Source: a virus (taxonomy: Duplodnaviria > Caudoviricetes). From it: 64,000 nt of DNA. Below, one piece after another: positions 34,312 through 43,924 of the stretch. Where the stretch lies: the IMG/VR virus record IMGVR_UViG_3300047160_005605, positions 1-64,000 of that record; one strand, given 5' to 3'. How positions within the stretch are numbered: position 1 is the stretch's first letter; each line of letters opens with the position of its first letter. A program made the translations under genes and the position numbers. Below the pieces are notes generated by a model. The model saw only the letters and a program-made list of their open reading frames with translations. It searched no databases and was not told where the DNA came from.

Positions 34312-34518
34312 GTGACAGTGAAAGACCTCAAGCAAGTACCACCGAAACCAGAAACAACCGCCAGCGCTTGGCATCCAGGTGATACATCATGTGGTATCTG
34401 CATTTACTTCGATACTGGCGGAACTTGTCGATACGATCCTCCCGATGTAACGGGGAACTGGCCTCCCGTTGGGACAGATGATTGGTGTGGTAAGTGCATC
34501 AGGAAATCAGGAGAATGA
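34312..34518 (+). CDS. Small Cys-rich protein
   Basis: CGICIYF...GTCRYDPP...WPPV...DWCG; AAGGAG RBS. Confidence 0.65.
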   Translation: MTVKDLKQVPPKPETTASAWHPGDTSCGICIYFDTGGTCRYDPPDVTGNWPPVGTDDWCGKCIRKSGE

Positions 34519-34630
34519 AACCCTTTCTGAGGTTCCTTGATACGCTTCTCTGGGCATTGTTCAGCAGCGTGGTTTTGCTGCTGGGTGTTTCGGTACTCTG
34601 GATCATTCTTTCCTCCCTGGGGATCGTCCG

Positions 34631-35413
34631 ATGAGAACGCTATTGGGGTTCGAGCGATTGGAAGACCGGCTGACTCCCTCAACAGTTGTCGTGGACCAAT
34701 TGCTCGGCCCCAATTTCACGATCCAGGCCGGCATCGACCAAGCGCATCCGGGCGATATCGTCCGTGTCGATGCCGGCCTCTATGGCGGCGCTGTCGTCAA
34801 TAAAGCCCTTACTCTGGAAGGATTACCAGGAGCCGTCATCCAGAGTCCTTTGTTGATGGGCGGCGTCGCCATAGGTTTGTTGGTGTCTGGGCAGGGCACC
34901 ACTGTCAGCAGCCTGGCTATTCAGGGAATCCACGGCGCACTCGGTTCCATCGGCGTGTGCTGCTACCCGGGTAGCCAGGCTGTTCTTGCTGGTCTTACTA
35001 TCAGCGATGTTAGCGGAGGCTACGCTTATGGCGTGTGGGTACACGAAAGCACTGCTACGCTCGCGGGCTGCAAGATAGAAGGTGTGATTGGTGCCGCTGT
35101 CAAAATCGGTGGAGTTGCTGTCACCTACGCCACTATCGACGGTTGCGACCTGTCAGGAACAATGGCTGTGCAAGTCAGTGGCTATTCCCAAGTCTCTGGC
35201 AAGGGAAACATACTCAGGGGCAATTTTGGTGTCTTTGTCGATGAATACTTTATAGGTGCTTTGAGTGTCTGGGAATCGGACTTTGCGCGAGCCACAGCGC
35301 CAGCCGTCAATCAAGCAGACAGAGGCATTATCCTAGAGTACGACTGGTGGGGAGGACCTCCTCCTGTGCTCGCGCAGATCGACAATATGAACCCTCTTGC
35401 GGAGGCTCCATGA
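34631..35413 (+). CDS. Right-handed beta-helix (pectin-lyase-like) protein with Planctomycete extracellular N-terminal motif
   Basis: FERLEDRLTPS; TIQAGIDQA.PGD.V.V..G.Y beta-helix cap. Confidence 0.75.
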   Translation: MRTLLGFERLEDRLTPSTVVVDQLLGPNFTIQAGIDQAHPGDIVRVDAGLYGGAVVNKALTLEGLPGAVIQSPLLMGGVAIGLLVSGQGTTVSSLAIQGIHGALGSIGVCCYPGSQAVLAGLTISDVSGGYAYGVWVHESTATLAGCKIEGVIGAAVKIGGVAVTYATIDGCDLSGTMAVQVSGYSQVSGKGNILRGNFGVFVDEYFIGALSVWESDFARATAPAVNQADRGIILEYDWWGGPPPVLAQIDNMNPLAEAP

Positions 35414-35769
35414 AGCGCAGCAGCATCTCCGCCACACAGCGCACGCTTAAGGAAATGAGACGTTTGGGATACCGCACGGCGATAGTCGAGAAGTGGAATC
35501 CTCATGCCTTTGTCCGACAAGACTTGTACGGCATTATTGACGTGCTGGGAATAAAGGCGAGAAAGATCCTCGGCATCCAGTCTACTACCCGAGCGAATAC
35601 AGGGGCGCACGTCCACAAGCTGCTAGAAGATAATAGGCAGGCGCTCTCTGACTGGCTAGACGCAGGAGGTTTATTTGAGCTATGGTCATGGGCGAAGGTG
35701 GGCGCAAAGGGCAAGCGCAAGCATTGGGAAGTAGCCAGACGGACTTTTACAATGGATGACTTGTGCTAG
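35410..35769 (+). CDS. PD-(D/E)XK nuclease (resolvase/VRR-NUC-like)
   Basis: TQRTLKEMRRLGY..AIVEKW...DLYGIIDVL...IQST. Confidence 0.65.
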   Translation: MKRSSISATQRTLKEMRRLGYRTAIVEKWNPHAFVRQDLYGIIDVLGIKARKILGIQSTTRANTGAHVHKLLEDNRQALSDWLDAGGLFELWSWAKVGAKGKRKHWEVARRTFTMDDLC

Positions 35770-36671
35770 AAAAACTCACCATCCGCAACTTCCAGAAGCA
35801 TAGAAAGCTAGAGGTAGACTTTGACCGATTCATCACAACTCTCGTCGGAGCAAACGACGCAGGAAAATCAGCCGTCATTCGAGCGTTACGATATCTCGCG
35901 CTTAATCGAAGCCCTAAAGGTCATTTCGTACATAGTGGCACTGAACAGGTTTCAGTATCTCTACTTCTGGACGAAGGATCATCCGTTCAGAGGAAGCATG
36001 GGAAGGGACGGAACCTATATAAACTGGACGGACGAGTATTTTCAGCGACCAGTAATAAGGTTCCCGAAGCGGTAGCCAAGCTGCTCAACGTCGGAGACGT
36101 GAACTTTCAAGGGCAGCATAACTTACCCTTCTGGTTCAGCGAGACGCCAGGTCAGGTCGGCAAGAACCTCAACGCCATTATCAACCTGGATGTCATCGAC
36201 AAGACTCTTGCCTCTATCAACTCTATCGAGCGCAAGGCAAAAGCGAAGGTTGAACTAACGCAAGACCGGCTTAAAGAAGCTCAAGCCCGGCGACGGAAGT
36301 ACGGTCCAGTTCGCCTTATTGCAGACTCTTTGGCAGACTTAGAGAGGCAATCTAGCCAATTAGAGCTATTGCGAAAAAGGCGTCTTAGGTTAAGCGAGTT
36401 GGTGAAAGAGATACAGGCCCTAAGAAAGACTCTCAAACAAGCTGCCTGGGGCGATCTTGCTAAAGCAATCGCACGTCTAGAGAAGCAGGCGACGGCGCTA
36501 AAGCAGCTTAGCGAGCAGCGAGACGCACTAAACATAATTACACTACGCTTGGCAACACTGAGGAGAACAAAATGCCAGAGTCAAGAGTCAGCCATCGCAG
36601 CCGAAAAGAAACTTCACCAGTTGTGCAAAGGGAGGTGCCCGGTGTGCGGTTCAGAGGTCAAGAAGTTCTGA
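35763..36671 (+). CDS. SbcC/Rad50-like ATPase, N-terminal half ending at the zinc hook
   Basis: IRNFQKH, Walker A GANDAGKS, Q-loop FQGQH, coiled coil, CPVC. Confidence 0.85.
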   Translation: MLEKLTIRNFQKHRKLEVDFDRFITTLVGANDAGKSAVIRALRYLALNRSPKGHFVHSGTEQVSVSLLLDEGSSVQRKHGKGRNLYKLDGRVFSATSNKVPEAVAKLLNVGDVNFQGQHNLPFWFSETPGQVGKNLNAIINLDVIDKTLASINSIERKAKAKVELTQDRLKEAQARRRKYGPVRLIADSLADLERQSSQLELLRKRRLRLSELVKEIQALRKTLKQAAWGDLAKAIARLEKQATALKQLSEQRDALNIITLRLATLRRTKCQSQESAIAAEKKLHQLCKGRCPVCGSEVKKF

Positions 36672-37570
36672 GCATCCACGTCTCGGATTTACACTTATCG
36701 CATATCCCTCCCATCGCTCGTTCGGCAGAGATGAATTGGTACCGGACGCAAGCGGATTACCTCCACCAACTTAGGGCAATGCAGGATTTGTATTCGGCCC
36801 CTATCATCGTCGCGGGAGACATATTCAATTCCTATAAGGAACCCGCCGAGTTGGTCAATTATCTCATTGACGTTATGCCTATCGTCCATGCGATTCCCGG
36901 CCAGCATGATTTGCCCTTTCACCGTCTAGAGGATATCCACAAGAGCGTCTATTGGACGCTAGTTAAGGCAGGAAAGATCAAGAACCTCTCTGCGGTTCCC
37001 ATGAGGGTGTCCGATAGACTCTGGGCTATGGGATTCCCTTATGGAGTGAAAGTACATCCCCTAGAAGGTTATGGGCAACCGTGTGTGGCAGTTATCCATT
37101 CTTACGTCTGGATCAAGGGCAAATGCTATCCCGGCGCACCAAAAGAGCGCAGACTCGCTCGCTGGGAGGAATGCCTCAGGGGTTACTTCGCCGCAGCGTT
37201 CGGCGACAATCATCAAGGATTCATCTCGCACATAGGTAAGACCTCCGTCATCAATTGTGGTACATTCATGCGGAGAAGGATAGATGAGATAGACTACAAA
37301 CCGCAAGTGGGGTTATTGCTTAGCTCGGGCAAGTTCGTCTGGACACCTTTGCAAGTCAAATATGACAAGTTCATTGATAACGTCATACTTACCAACCTCC
37401 TGCGTCACCATGAGAATGATCCCAAGCAGATTCAAGACCTAGTGAAGGAACTTAAAGAAGCGGGCGATAGCGCTGAGGACTTTATCTCCTTTGTGAGGAG
37501 GTGGCTTGAGCGAAAGAAGATACCGCGCGACGTGAAGAATACCATCCTACTAGCTATGGAGGCAACATGA
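36644..37570 (+). CDS. SbcD/Mre11-like metallophosphoesterase nuclease
   Basis: SDLH, AGDIF, PGQHD, GDNH; start chosen at GTG 8 nt after GGAGG. Confidence 0.88.
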   Translation: MRFRGQEVLSIHVSDLHLSHIPPIARSAEMNWYRTQADYLHQLRAMQDLYSAPIIVAGDIFNSYKEPAELVNYLIDVMPIVHAIPGQHDLPFHRLEDIHKSVYWTLVKAGKIKNLSAVPMRVSDRLWAMGFPYGVKVHPLEGYGQPCVAVIHSYVWIKGKCYPGAPKERRLARWEECLRGYFAAAFGDNHQGFISHIGKTSVINCGTFMRRRIDEIDYKPQVGLLLSSGKFVWTPLQVKYDKFIDNVILTNLLRHHENDPKQIQDLVKELKEAGDSAEDFISFVRRWLERKKIPRDVKNTILLAMEAT

Positions 37571-37818
37571 CCACGCTCGAAAGACTTGCTGCCCTAAAGA
37601 ACGACATTGGAAAGTACAAAGCGCAGGCTGACCGCGCCATGGGTGCGATCAATCAGTTAGAGCAACAATTAGACAAAGAGTTTGGTTGTTCTGTGCGTGA
37701 AGCGGCGAAACGCTTGAAGGTTATGGAAGGCCAGATCAGGGAATTAGACGAAGAGATGAACGAAGGTCTGAACAGCCTGTATGAGGAATGGACTAGATTC
37801 AAAGGAGGGATTACATGA
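37567..37818 (+). CDS. Coiled-coil protein, possibly a third SbcC fragment
   Basis: Heptad-rich 83-aa ORF. Confidence 0.65.
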   Translation: MTTLERLAALKNDIGKYKAQADRAMGAINQLEQQLDKEFGCSVREAAKRLKVMEGQIRELDEEMNEGLNSLYEEWTRFKGGIT

Positions 37819-38219
37819 AAACGTCCCCAGCCAAGCATGGCGACAAATGGACTCTGCATGACCTCAATATCCTTTGGGCTATTCGTATGCGCTCGCATAA
37901 CCCAGACGGAGATTGGGGAGCAATGCGAGCGGCGACGGGACATGGCATCAAGGCGTGCTATAACGCTCTCTACCGCTGCTATCGCTGCGACAGCGGTACA
38001 GGTAAAGTCTACTGGGACAGCCCGCCTTTCAGTGACGTGGTCTATATTCATTATGCCGAGAAAAACTTTAGTGCCTTTGAGGATAAGGTCCTGAAAGAGC
38101 ATGATTGCCCAGAGATAAGGCTAATCTACCTCCTTAACAGACCGCTAGAGGAAATCCAGAAGCGCAAGAAGTTCCTCAAGAGCTATGGCCGCAAACCCTT
38201 CTTCCCAGAACTTGAATAG
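37815..38219 (+). CDS. Hypothetical protein
   Basis: GGAGG RBS; ATGA overlap. Confidence 0.65.
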   Translation: MKTSPAKHGDKWTLHDLNILWAIRMRSHNPDGDWGAMRAATGHGIKACYNALYRCYRCDSGTGKVYWDSPPFSDVVYIHYAEKNFSAFEDKVLKEHDCPEIRLIYLLNRPLEEIQKRKKFLKSYGRKPFFPELE

Positions 38220-38778
38220 CCTCCGCAAGGAGGTGGACAAGCTGTTCGCCGAATACTTGCTAGCTCGCCAGCAGGTCCGAGACGAAAAAACGGCTCTAGA
38301 AGTCGCTCAGCGCGAGCACAAAGCAGCACAAGAGGGGCGTCTAATCTTGCAGGAAGCAGCGCAGGCTATGCAGCAGCGAGCACACAAGCGCATTGCGGAG
38401 ATAGTCTCGAAATGCTTGGAAACCGTCTTTGCACAACCCTATGAGCTAAGAATCGCCTTTGAGCGCAAGCGAGGCAAGACCGAAGCTAGACTATCTTTCT
38501 GGCGAGATGATTTAGAAGTAGACCCCCTAGAAGGAGCGGGCGGCGGCATTGTTGACGTGGCAGCCTTTGCTTTGCGCTTGGCTTGCCTAGTGCTAAGCAA
38601 ACCATCAAAGCGCATGGTGCTTATCTTAGACGAACCATTCAAGGGCGTAGACGTAGTGAATCGCAAGAAGGTCCGCGAGATGATGAATCAGCTAGCTCGC
38701 CAGATGCACATCCAATTCATAATGGTAACGCAGATCGCTGACATGGGTCTTGGCAAAGTGATCGAATTACCATCCTAG
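38185..38778 (+). CDS. SbcC/Rad50-like ATPase, C-terminal half
   Basis: Signature-like GAGGG, Walker B/D-loop LILDEPF, IMVTQ. Confidence 0.85.
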   Translation: MAANPSSQNLNSLRKEVDKLFAEYLLARQQVRDEKTALEVAQREHKAAQEGRLILQEAAQAMQQRAHKRIAEIVSKCLETVFAQPYELRIAFERKRGKTEARLSFWRDDLEVDPLEGAGGGIVDVAAFALRLACLVLSKPSKRMVLILDEPFKGVDVVNRKKVREMMNQLARQMHIQFIMVTQIADMGLGKVIELPS

Positions 38779-41700
38779 CTCATGTCCACCATGAACGCTG
38801 CCCGGCTGTGCTGGTACAGGAGGCACAATCACTTGCACAGTCACGCCTGGAGATAGTGTACCGTCTGCCGTGCGATAAAGAGCTACCAAGACGTTATAAA
38901 TGCCGGGCGTATAACCATTGAGCACAGTCGCTAAATGCGGACCTTTGACGTTGACGATAGCCTGAGGAACAGTGGTTGTGTCGGGTAGCGCAGGATCGAG
39001 CGTTGTCCAAACCCTCCACTTATCAGCGGGATAGGGGTCTGTTTTGACAGTGGGATAAATCGCCGTGACGCGAATCTGTCCTTCTCCCAGATAGAATACC
39101 TTAACCTCAGTAGGAGCAGCCATGGGCGGCAGGACCACGCTGCCGGTAGGATCAACCGTGATCGTTGTGGCCTGCTGGTTCTGGGAAACCAGACCATAAC
39201 TATCTTGCTTCCTGATAACGAAATAGAAGGTTGTACTGGATCGCGCCCCCACACCACGGCGCACGATGCCTGTCATCGAAGTTACATCCGTATCAGGTAG
39301 GTTGGTTGGGATACCCTTCTGAGTCAGAGCCACGTCGCTGAACACCCAACTCATATAAATGCTATCCGGCAACATGCCAATGTTGTTCCCCACCTGATTC
39401 AGGAACTGGAAGGTTCGATCATAGTAAATTTGATTGGTCGGGCAGGGTTCTATATCCGGCCAGAAGATGATGCCGAAGGGAATGGATAGACCGGCGAAGT
39501 AGGCTTTCAGAGTCAGCATATCCGCATAGAAAGCAGCCTTGCCAGCATCTGTCTGGTTAATCAATTCCCAATTCGCATCTATGTGGACAAAGGCTGGAGC
39601 CGTCGTCAAGGCACCGACCGCAGCCTCTATCTGGGCCACCGAGAGTGACGGATAAGGCTCGATCAGTCCGACCTTGACGGCTCCGGCCGTGTAGGGCGAG
39701 GTGATGCCGGAGACGAATTGATTCATCCTTGTGGCTTGCGTGGTAAGGCTCGTAATGCCGCAAGACGCATTGGCTCCATAGAACCCTTCATCAATGGCTA
39801 TAAGCACTTGCGTCAAACCGGCTCCGAACACATTGTCTACGGCCTGCTTGGCATCGGATACAGCCTGCACGGCTCCCGTATCGCTGCAATACTGCGGTTT
39901 CCAAACCCCCGAATAGAAGCACAGCTTGATACCCCAAGTATTCAGCTTGCTAATCATGCCGGCAGTGTTGAGCGTTGTCCACGTGTTGTTGCCGGGACCG
40001 GGAGGGGGTGCTCCATTCCATAGACTCAGGTAACTCAATTCCAGAACATCCAGAGAATCTCTAGCTGTTGCCCACTGCGCAGGATTGGTAAACAAGTTGG
40101 GCAAATCTGTAGAACCAGGAGCCGGAGCCATGAAAATTCTCGTTCCCTTGGGTGGTAGCGAAGGAATAGGGAATGAGAAAGGCAGCGTCGGACTCGATAA
40201 GTATGGTACGACAGACAAATCAGGAGGCGCATTTTCCCCCATGTAGATCAAATACAAATCCTGCGTAGGATCCTGAATCCTGTATTTACCTTTCTGTTCT
40301 AGTGTAAAAACAAGCGCCGGGATCCCATGCAAGAAAGCCGTGCGCAGATACCATATCGGATTGTGCCATACTTCAGGCAGCGGGAAGAAGGGAATATCCG
40401 GTCGCCTGAGAGCAACATCGGGGGCTATGGTGGGGATCTGCACCCTCACCTTCTTGAGATAGTCGTAGGCGAGTGTCGAAGGAGGTTCGTCGTAATATCT
40501 GGCAATGTTGAAGTTGGGCCTGGCCGTGGGCTTATCGGGAAACAGCAGCTTGTATATCCGCTGATAGTTCTGCGCCGCCCAGGGAGGTTCCGGAGGCACA
40601 AAGGTTATGGCCTGCCGAGTAGGCGGAGGCTGCTGACCAGGAATGGTATGGACACCACCCGGTGTGGGTATTCGACTTGGAGGCCGCAGCCACCATGATT
40701 CAAACTCAGGCAATGGATAAAACCATTGTTCCTTTTCCCTTGTGTGAGTAGGCGGAGGTTGTTGAGCGGGCATGATCGCCGTAGACAACCCATATTCCCA
40801 TCTCGGGAAAGTCCAGTACCAAGAGTCATACTCAGGCAATGGAATCCATGCTGCTATCTGCTCTTTCTCGCGGGTATGCGTGGGAGGAGGATCTTGCCCT
40901 GGCATGTTGGTCGGTCCCATGCCCTCCCATCTTGGAAACGTGTAATAGTAGGAATCATATTCAGGCAAGGGATAAAATATCTGCTCTTTCTCTCTGGTGT
41001 GCAAAGGAGGCACGTCCAGAGAAGCGAGCATCGCTGCCGACATGCCTTCCCATCTTGGGATGACGTAGTAATAGCTTTCTAACTCTGGCAAAGGATAGAA
41101 TGTCTGCTCGCGTTCGCGCGTATGCAGCGGTGGTGTATCGGGGGGCGGGGGCGGGAAGTAATAAACCACCTTGCGATTGGGAGCCGTCCATAGATCGTAA
41201 GGTTTCACAAAGTCCGCCATCACTTCGGATGGAGTGACGGCGCGATTGTAAACCCTTACATCGTTGATGTTGCCGTCAAACCATTCGGAATTAGCCCCGT
41301 CGCCAATCTCTACCGGATCACCCGTCTGCGTATTGCTTACCGGCACCATCGTACCGGAGAAGCTAGCTACCGGGACTCCATTGAGGTACAGGAACACTTG
41401 CCCCAAGTTACTATCCGAAGTGACGAATACTCGATACCAAGTGCCTACAGAAATACCGCCAGCGCTGAGGTTGGTGGCGGCACCCGCGTCGTCATTACGC
41501 CATCTGAAGGTTATGGAATTGACGAGCCCTCCATAATTCGCATTGTTGTTCGATAGGAGTATTCTTGCACGGACTGCAAAGGTCGCATTCTTGGATTCCC
41601 AATAGATCGACCTGGCACCTGTGTTCTGGTTCGTATCACCAGAGACAGGTAGAGAGGCTGCTTGAAAGCTGGCGGCAAGCGAGTAAGCAGTCAATCCTCT

Positions 41701-42000
41701 GATGGAAGCAGCATTGGCTCCTGCCCCGCAATTCACCATCGACTTGCCGGTAACCTGAGTGAAGTTGACCGCCTTCCCCTTCAGACCGGTAGTCCAGGTA
41801 GGCAGAACTCCGCCTGTATCGAAGTTGAAAGCGGCGTTGAACTTCTGCCCGGCTATACCGTAGCACTTGCAAGGTGTCCCCATGCCCTCATTCAAGGGCC
41901 AGTAATACAGCAACCCCATCGCCAAAGGATGAGCGTAATTGATCTGCGCTCCGGGAGGAGGTTGAGTGCGTCCCCAGGGAGGATTGAGAATACCTAGCAT
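38767..42000 (-). CDS. Large modular tail fibre/adhesin: LamG domain, four ~42-aa repeats, inserted hydrolase-like domain, Ig/FN3-like C-terminus
   Basis: YWPLNEG...FDGNINDVRVYNRA (LamG); PPxHTREKEQ repeats; insert paralogous to 33345-34301. Confidence 0.7.
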   Translation of the reverse strand: MLGILNPPWGRTQPPPGAQINYAHPLAMGLLYYWPLNEGMGTPCKCYGIAGQKFNAAFNFDTGGVLPTWTTGLKGKAVNFTQVTGKSMVNCGAGANAASIRGLTAYSLAASFQAASLPVSGDTNQNTGARSIYWESKNATFAVRARILLSNNNANYGGLVNSITFRWRNDDAGAATNLSAGGISVGTWYRVFVTSDSNLGQVFLYLNGVPVASFSGTMVPVSNTQTGDPVEIGDGANSEWFDGNINDVRVYNRAVTPSEVMADFVKPYDLWTAPNRKVVYYFPPPPPDTPPLHTREREQTFYPLPELESYYYVIPRWEGMSAAMLASLDVPPLHTREKEQIFYPLPEYDSYYYTFPRWEGMGPTNMPGQDPPPTHTREKEQIAAWIPLPEYDSWYWTFPRWEYGLSTAIMPAQQPPPTHTREKEQWFYPLPEFESWWLRPPSRIPTPGGVHTIPGQQPPPTRQAITFVPPEPPWAAQNYQRIYKLLFPDKPTARPNFNIARYYDEPPSTLAYDYLKKVRVQIPTIAPDVALRRPDIPFFPLPEVWHNPIWYLRTAFLHGIPALVFTLEQKGKYRIQDPTQDLYLIYMGENAPPDLSVVPYLSSPTLPFSFPIPSLPPKGTRIFMAPAPGSTDLPNLFTNPAQWATARDSLDVLELSYLSLWNGAPPPGPGNNTWTTLNTAGMISKLNTWGIKLCFYSGVWKPQYCSDTGAVQAVSDAKQAVDNVFGAGLTQVLIAIDEGFYGANASCGITSLTTQATRMNQFVSGITSPYTAGAVKVGLIEPYPSLSVAQIEAAVGALTTAPAFVHIDANWELINQTDAGKAAFYADMLTLKAYFAGLSIPFGIIFWPDIEPCPTNQIYYDRTFQFLNQVGNNIGMLPDSIYMSWVFSDVALTQKGIPTNLPDTDVTSMTGIVRRGVGARSSTTFYFVIRKQDSYGLVSQNQQATTITVDPTGSVVLPPMAAPTEVKVFYLGEGQIRVTAIYPTVKTDPYPADKWRVWTTLDPALPDTTTVPQAIVNVKGPHLATVLNGYTPGIYNVLVALYRTADGTLSPGVTVQVIVPPVPAQPGSVHGGHELGW
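40600..41145 (-). repeat. Four tandem ~42-aa repeats (PPxHTREKEQxFYPLPEYDSYYYxxPRWEG)
   Basis: Read from the translation of 38767-42000; nucleotide copies imperfect. Confidence 0.85.
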
Positions 42001-42488
42001 TAGGCTGCCTGAGTCTGGATGCCCTGATAGGTAACCGAGTGATTAGCTGGTGTAGTGTCTAGCACGCTACCGCTCTTGTTCTCGATGACGATGCCCCACT
42101 TGGCAGGTAGAATTCCACCAAATCCCAAAGCCACCGAGAAGGGACCACCTATATCAGAGGCGGCAGTAGCATTGAGGTTGATAACCCCTATGAGTCTCAG
42201 GTTATTCGGAGTGACTGCGGGGCTAAGAGTGCCGTCGCTGCCAGTGCAGTTAGCGGTATAGGTAGTACCTCCATCGACGGTACCGTAGGCATAGACGTTG
42301 ATCGTGCCTGTGGCGCTGACACCCGAAGCTCCTGCCTTGATCTTGACAGAAACCAGAGCATCCAGAAAGAGATTGGTAGTGTTGTCAACGGCAGTGCTCT
42401 GCTGCAATACGGCATTGCCTAAGGATGCTAAGGTAATGGTGATAACTTGACCTGATGCACCGTAAAGGGCTTTATTTGTAGTAGCCAC
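42000..42488 (-). CDS. Putative virion protein
   Basis: Thr/Gly/Ala-rich beta-sandwich-like ORF in the tail module. Confidence 0.6.
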   Translation of the reverse strand: MATTNKALYGASGQVITITLASLGNAVLQQSTAVDNTTNLFLDALVSVKIKAGASGVSATGTINVYAYGTVDGGTTYTANCTGSDGTLSPAVTPNNLRLIGVINLNATAASDIGGPFSVALGFGGILPAKWGIVIENKSGSVLDTTPANHSVTYQGIQTQAA

Positions 42489-42489
42489 A

Positions 42490-43074
42490 TTATCCTCTTA
42501 GGTTAAAGAGTTTACGTGGACTCCCGAGATTGTAAGGAACCGTACGGCCGTCTTTGTAGGTCAAGAGGACGTGCTTGTTCACAAAGAAGTCATAATCCTG
42601 TGCCTTGATTTTGATCGCTGCGGCGACGATCTTGGCGGTTTGGCAAGTCATCTTGATGCGGTCGGTCCAGTCGAAGAAGAGATAGACTAATCCTTTGCTA
42701 CCTTGCTTGCCAATATCACTGCCCAAATGGAACTTCGATTGCTCTAGCTCTATGCCGGCAGGATCAATGACCATGGGCTGTTTCGAGAGAGGGATACTCC
42801 GTGCTGCTTCATCTAGAGTTTCGCCAAAGATATAGGCTTCCTGCCAAACCATAGGAAAGGTATCCATCTTGCGCGGGAAAATGAGCAGAACCTTTGCCTC
42901 ATCGTCAAATACCTCTATGCGGATATTATCCTTCTCAGGAGGAAGCGTATTGGCGAAAGGGATGCTGGGAGCGAGACCGAAAGCGCTGGGCTTGGCGACT
43001 TCAGGATGCTCGCGCTGCCTCTGCTTCTGATCCCATAGTTGCCGCATCCTTCGAGCACGGTTTGCACCGTTCAT
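42490..43074 (-). CDS. Hypothetical protein
   Basis: 194-aa ORF with two internally similar halves. Confidence 0.65.
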   Translation of the reverse strand: MNGANRARRMRQLWDQKQRQREHPEVAKPSAFGLAPSIPFANTLPPEKDNIRIEVFDDEAKVLLIFPRKMDTFPMVWQEAYIFGETLDEAARSIPLSKQPMVIDPAGIELEQSKFHLGSDIGKQGSKGLVYLFFDWTDRIKMTCQTAKIVAAAIKIKAQDYDFFVNKHVLLTYKDGRTVPYNLGSPRKLFNLRG

Positions 43075-43551
43075 CTATGCCAACTCCTCAAACACGCAAT
43101 CAGAGGTAATGGTGATCGACGCGCCGGGAGCGACCGGGAATTTGACGCCGACAATGCTCGCCGCGTCAATGTACTTGTACTCCTTCGGAGATGGGACGTA
43201 CTGCCAACCGTTGAGGTAGTTCCACACGTCTTGCCCGATGATGTTGGAGTCAGTGCCTTCGGCGGTCGCATTCGTGCCAGTCGCTGTCGTCCCTCCCGCA
43301 GCGCTCGCCGCAGGATCCGTAGCAGGACCCGTGGTAATGGGCGTGAAGGACGTTACTGTGGCGGCACCAGACTTGCGGCAGATTTGTACGGATAGCTGGG
43401 TCGAGGTTGTGGAGCTACTCTGAGCGACTACGCAGCGAACGATCTGGAGTGGTACAGTCGCACCTGCCTTGATCTGGATGATCGTGATGGCGGCAGTTAC
43501 CGCCACGCGGGTCATGGATACGACATACACACGGCTCGCGGCTGCTGCCAT
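43075..43551 (-). CDS. Putative virion protein
   Basis: Ala/Thr-rich; AGGAG RBS. Confidence 0.65.
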   Translation of the reverse strand: MAAAASRVYVVSMTRVAVTAAITIIQIKAGATVPLQIVRCVVAQSSSTTSTQLSVQICRKSGAATVTSFTPITTGPATDPAASAAGGTTATGTNATAEGTDSNIIGQDVWNYLNGWQYVPSPKEYKYIDAASIVGVKFPVAPGASITITSDCVFEELA

Positions 43552-43575
43552 AATTCGTCTCCTTTGTTAAGGACC

Positions 43576-43911
43576 TTACTTGTGGTATTCCAATTCGTGA
43601 TCCTCTTCCAGCCGTTTTGCTAGATCCTTCATCTTCTCCTCAATCGCCATCTCGGCGATATGGCGCGACGTTCCGGCAGGAACCGAAACGGCGTCATGGA
43701 TCGTGTCCACTTTGTCGGTAACCTTCTTCTCGTACTTGATATCCGGAGGATGTGTCGTGGGCAGGATCATGTGATGGACGATCTTGCAATTCTTGAGGTG
43801 AACCGTGATGTCATAGTAATCTACCCCAAGTTCATCACCCTCCACCTTGCGCGGACCCTTCACTTCATGCGTGAATTGAATCTTGGATGGAGGCGCTTCT
43901 TTCTTAGCCAC
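43576..43911 (-). CDS. Hypothetical protein
   Basis: AAGGAG RBS, 111 aa. Confidence 0.65.
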   Translation of the reverse strand: MAKKEAPPSKIQFTHEVKGPRKVEGDELGVDYYDITVHLKNCKIVHHMILPTTHPPDIKYEKKVTDKVDTIHDAVSVPAGTSRHIAEMAIEEKMKDLAKRLEEDHELEYHK

Positions 43912-43924
43912 GAGAATCTCCTTT

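Noticed and set aside
40600-41145. Diversity-generating retroelement template/variable repeats
   Set aside because: The repeats are tandem and in frame within one gene, differences are not adenine-specific, and no reverse transcriptase is seen.
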